Made by a program: the position numbers and the translations under genes. Positions 59,370 through 64,000 of a DNA stretch of 64,000 nt are shown here, in pieces; the first letter of the stretch is position 1; each line of letters opens with the position of its first letter. The notes under the pieces were generated by a model that ran no database searches, was not told the origin of the DNA, and saw only the letters and a list, made by a program, of their open reading frames with translations. The stretch is from Azolla caroliniana (taxonomy: Eukaryota > Plantae > Polypodiophyta): contig JBHGNT010000007.1 of the NCBI GenBank assembly GCA_043228905.1, positions 14,694,001 through 14,758,000 of the forward strand, read 5' to 3'.

Positions 59370-62300
59370 TGTTACCCTGTACGAGATGTATGGAGAGTCA
59401 ATGTGATGAGCGAGGGTCGAATGTTATCATGATGTTGTTGTGTATGTGTAGGGGACATAAATGTAATTGTGAGTCTGTACGTATGTGAACACATGCACAC
59501 GTGTGTGCATGTGGATGGATACGAGGAGGTGTGAGTGAGTGTCCAGTATGAATGCTCGAGGGGGCTTACACCCCTATGTATCTACCCCCTCTTGTACTAT
59601 TTAACCCCCTATGGGGAATGAATGAAACATGAATAACCATTTCTCTCTCTCTCTCTCTCTCAATCTCTCTCTTGTCATCTCTCTCTTCTATCTCCCCTTA
59701 CGTTGAACCCCCTTGGGAGGGGGGTGGAGCCATTCTAGGCACCACCCCCCACCCCGCAATGCTTCTCAATGCACATCATGCTATCACCCATAATGATTCT
59801 TATCGCCATCACCATTTCCATCTTCATCATTGTCAATGTCATAATCAATCTCTCAATGCTTATCACCAATCATCATAAATGTTAACCCTAAAACATACAA
59901 CACCTTTTGTCGATGGGGATGTTACACCAGGCACTCCCAAAAGAGGAAGACCTGAGGTTCCGACAGGCCTTACAATATACAACATGCCTGAATTAGGGGC
60001 ACTCAACAGTAGACTGCACCCTGCGGACACAATGTGTGATCTGCAACTCTCGAGCTCATACAACGGACCGATGCGAATACAACCTGTTAAATCGGCAAGC
60101 AGCACCGGTTCGACACATAGAACCGCGCAATCAGAACCCGGAAGAGGATCGATTCCAGAGAGACGACCGCTACCAACGCGAACGCGGTAACAGATACGCT
60201 GATAGAAGACGCGACAACTATGACCGAGAGGAGAGACGCAGAGATAGCTACCCTCGGGACCGGTACGACAGAGACGAATCCCCGGAAGACGACAGATGCG
60301 GAGAAGAGAGGCGACAAGGATATGCTGATAGAAGACGCGACAACTATGACCGAGAGGAGAGACGTAAAGATAGCTACCCCCGGGACCGGTACGACCGAGA
60401 CGGAGCCCCGGAATACGACCGACGCAGAGAAGAGAGGAGACAAGGGAACCGAAATTTCTGACGGAATCAGAAGCGTGGATTTTTCCGAAGAGAGGAACGT
60501 CGGGAGGCAGCAAGGAATGACAACCCGATATCCGTACCGGATAACCGAAAAACCGAAGACGACCGCCGGAGCATACCCACCCTCCAAACCGGGGACAAAG
60601 GAGAAACGAGCAACAGTCACAAGGTGTACTGTTATTACTGCCGCAAGGAAGGCCACTATAGTAACCAATGCCCAAGCAAAAGCTATGACAAGCAGCCGGA
60701 AGTCAACATGGTTACAGCCGAAATAACAGAAGTACAGCAGGTCACAACCCGATCAAAGGGAAAGACCGCCGAGTGGGAAGCCCAAGAGGCAATCAGAAAA
60801 CAAGCGACACAATGGATCAAGGAGGCCAATGAACAGAAGGCGGCAGAAGTAAGAGACCAAAATATGCCAAAAGACGAAGAAATTATACAGCCAGGAGAAA
60901 ACCCGACGTGGCAAGCGCTACAGGACTGTCAAATCGTGCTGCCGTTAGCACGACTACTACAGTTAGTGCCACGATTTACGGCAGACTTACAGGCATCCGT
61001 CAGCAAACCGAAGCCGACGCCAGCACCGGCATTCTTCTCCAACCCGGAGGAAGGACCAGCGGTGGTCGATACAAGTAGCCCGACGATCACGACAATCGTA
61101 AAAGGAAAGGAAATTGCTGGAACGATTATTGACGGAGGCTCCGGGGTAAATGTCATCAGCCAACAGATATGCAACGACCTGGGCATCCGGGAATGGGAAC
61201 CATGCCCCTTCTGGTTACGCATGGCGGATACTAGCTAAGTCCGACCGACCGGGCTTATCCGGGATTTGGAAATCACGATCGGAGGCCACGTATTCCAGAT
61301 ATCGGCCGTGGTGCTGCAGCTGAATGTACAAGGCGCGTACCCCCTACTGCTAGGACGACCATGGTTGCGGACGGCGCATATCAAGCAGAACTGGCAAAAG
61401 AACATGATCACATTCCGGCGAGGGAAAACAAAGGTACGAGTAACGACGCAACCACGGGTGATCACCAGTAAGGAAGCAACTCCATTGTATGCGGAAAGCA
61501 TTAACATGTTGGAGGGATTACCGGACGAGGAAGTCGAGCGGTACCTCGAGGAACACCCACGAATCGTCCCACTATTTGAGGTGGATATCACGGCGGCAGT
61601 AGAACCGTACATTACGACGCCGGAAGAACCGGACCAAGCGGCGATCCGGGAACTACGACAAGCGCAGGAATCCCTAGAGAGGGAAATGACGATATCCCAG
61701 AGGGTAAAAGCATCCCAACTCGAGGAGGTGGACCTCGGCACAGCAGACAAGCCCCGACCGGTAAATGTGGCAAAGGAATTGCCGAAGGAAGAAAAGAAGG
61801 CAATGGTAGCATTGTTAACAGACTTCAAGGATGTGTTCGCGTGGTCATACGAAGACATGCGAGGGTTGGACCCCCAGCTCTATCAGCACCAAATTCACCT
61901 AAGTACGGACGCGAAACCGATTGCTCAACGCAGGTACCGGATGAATCCGAATTATGCGGCAAAGGTGAAGGAGGAAATTGATAAGCTCCTCCGGGTCGGA
62001 TTTATCCGACCGGTCAAGCAGGCAACCTGGCTGAGTCCGATAGTGGTGGTCCCGAAAAAGAACGGAAAAATCCGGGTATGCGTGGACTACCGAAAACTAA
62101 ATGCCGCAACAGTGACCGATGCGTTTCCACTACCATTTACGGACGGGGTGTTAGATGCGGTAGCCGGGCACGAAGTTTACAGCTTCCTGGATGGATTTAG
62201 CGGCTACAACCAAATACGAATGAACCCAGCCGACCAAGAGAAGACAGCGTTCGTGACGGAATGGGGAGTGTTCGTCGCGGTCGTAATGATGTTCGGACTA

Positions 62301-64000
62301 AAGACGGCTCCAGCGACCTTTCAAAGGATAATAATGGAAATTTTCGGGGAATATATCCCCGGTTTTATGCAGGTCTTCCTTGACGATTTCGTTGTCTACA
62401 GCCGGCACGGAGAGCATCTTGATCACCTCCGGCTGTGCTTGGAGAAGTGCCGCGAGTACCGATTGAGCCTGAATCCGGCCAAGTGCGTCTTTGGAGTGGC
62501 AAGCGGCAACTTGCTAGGGCACGTGGTGAGTAAGGAAGGAATCGCAGTAGATCCGGATAAAGTCAAGGCGATTCTCGATGCACCAGCACCAAGTAACGCA
62601 AAGGCTTTAAGCCGGTTCCTGGGCCAGATAAGGTGGCATAGCCGGATGATACGGCACCTCGCGGACTTCGCTACACCGTTACATACCGCCGTACATAGGG
62701 TACCCTTCCTATGGGCAGAGACGGAGGAGGAAGCCTACAAAGCGTTGAAGGTCATGCTGTCGCAAGCTCCGGTGGTGCAACCGCCGGATTGGAGTAAAAG
62801 CTTTCACGTCTTCGTCGACACTCGGACGTAGCAATCGGCAGCGTTCTGATGCAACTCACAGAGCCGAAATGGTACCGACCGGTGTACTACGCAAGCCGGA
62901 AACTCTCAAAAGCCGAACGGAATTACTCTACGACGGAACGCGAGGCATTGGGAATGGTGTATAGTGTCACAAAGTACAGGCACTATCTGCTCGGAAGGAA
63001 GTTTTCCTTCCATGTCGACCATTCGGCACTACTCTACCTGGTCTCGAAGGCATCCCTGACGGGAAAAATTGCACGGTGGACACTGCTACTACAGGAATTT
63101 GAATTCGACATTTTCCACCGACCCGGGGCGCAGCATGTGGTTGCGGACTATCTAAGCAAACTTGAATCCGGAGAAGCAGGGGACGGCGTCCAGGATGAGT
63201 TTCCCGACGCCAAATTGTTCCGGATCACGACAAAACCGGCAACGGATACAACGGTAGCCAACGAAGACACATGGCTAACTGAGATGCACCAGTTCCTGAG
63301 CACCGGAGTTCCCCCGGACAACATGGACCGCGATGAAAGGAAAAGGGTAGCAGTAAGAAGTAGACATTTCTGCTTGGTTGCAGACACCCTCTATCACAAG
63401 GGGGCAGACGGCATCTGGAGACGAGCAGTGCGGAGCGATGAGAAGGATCTAATCCTCAGGGAAGCCCACTGTGGAATTGCCGGCGGGCATTATGCCGGCG
63501 ACGCCACTGCTCGGAAAATATGGCAGAGCAAACTGTGGTGGCCGACCACCCTAAAAGATGTCGTGAAGTATAGCAGAGAATGCGATTTGTGTCAACGACT
63601 GGGCCAACCCACAGAGCAGGCTCGGATGCCACACCACCCGGTCTTGCCCTTAGAACCGTTTCAAAAGTGGGGGTTGGACTTTGTCGGTCCCTTCAAACCA
63701 CCGGCAATGCGAACCGGAAATCGGTATGTCATAGTGGCGACCGACTATTGCACCAAATGGGTAGAAGCAAAGGCCTTACGGGACAACACGGCCGCTTCCA
63801 CGGCAAAGTTTCTGTACGAATGCATATGGTGCCGGTATGGATGCCCGATCGAGCTTATAAGTGACCAAGGAGGACATTTTCTCGGGCAGGTAGTAGAAAG
63901 CCTGACGTCATTTTACGCGGTGGTACATAAAAAGAGTACACCCTACTACCCTCAAGCCAATGGACTGGCGGAATCAACGAACAAAACTCTGCAGAACATC
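59370..64000 (+). mobile_element. Non-chromoviral Ty3/gypsy element (Athila/Selgy-like by inference), 5'-deleted, runs off the window
   Basis: Putative LTR 59370-59926 (TGTTAC...GTTACA); gag C-terminus with knuckles; PR IIDGGSG; RT FLDD; RNase H (frameshift near 62820); integrase HHCC, KWGLDFVGP, YYPQANGLAE. Confidence 0.88.
60193..60444 (+). repeat. Two 126-bp (42-codon) Arg/Asp-rich repeats in gag
   Basis: GCTGATAGAAGACGCGACAAC at 60198 and 60324. Confidence 0.9.

Overview
Eukaryotic, almost entirely retrotransposon-derived DNA. The host is probably a non-seed land plant such as a fern; this is inferred from the Tcn1-like and Phygy/Selgy-like gypsy lineages and a plant-type kinesin-7 exon structure. 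I resolved about 18 nested insertions, most with matching target-site duplications (TSDs): Tnt1/Tork-type and other Ty1/copia elements, chromoviral and non-chromoviral Ty3/gypsy elements, two L1-clade LINEs (one with a 5' inversion), solo LTRs and a 2-kb non-autonomous LTR element. Nesting is at least five and probably six levels deep. No intact host gene, rRNA, true tRNA or CRISPR array was found. Main observations: (1) three different gypsy LTR families each carry a ~72-nt tRNA-like module (A-box and B-box at canonical spacing) in U3, antisense to the element and divergent from the LTR TATA box, a possible tRNA analogue of the 5S module in Cassandra elements; (2) an intron-containing kinesin-7 motor fragment sits inside a solo LTR, antisense and directly downstream of the LTR TATA box; (3) a pol-less LTR element carries only a decayed coiled-coil/acidic ORF; (4) copia families show an apparent capsid swap; (5) one copia has non-homologous U3 ends but matching TSDs. 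Coordinates were read by eye; no database searches were run.
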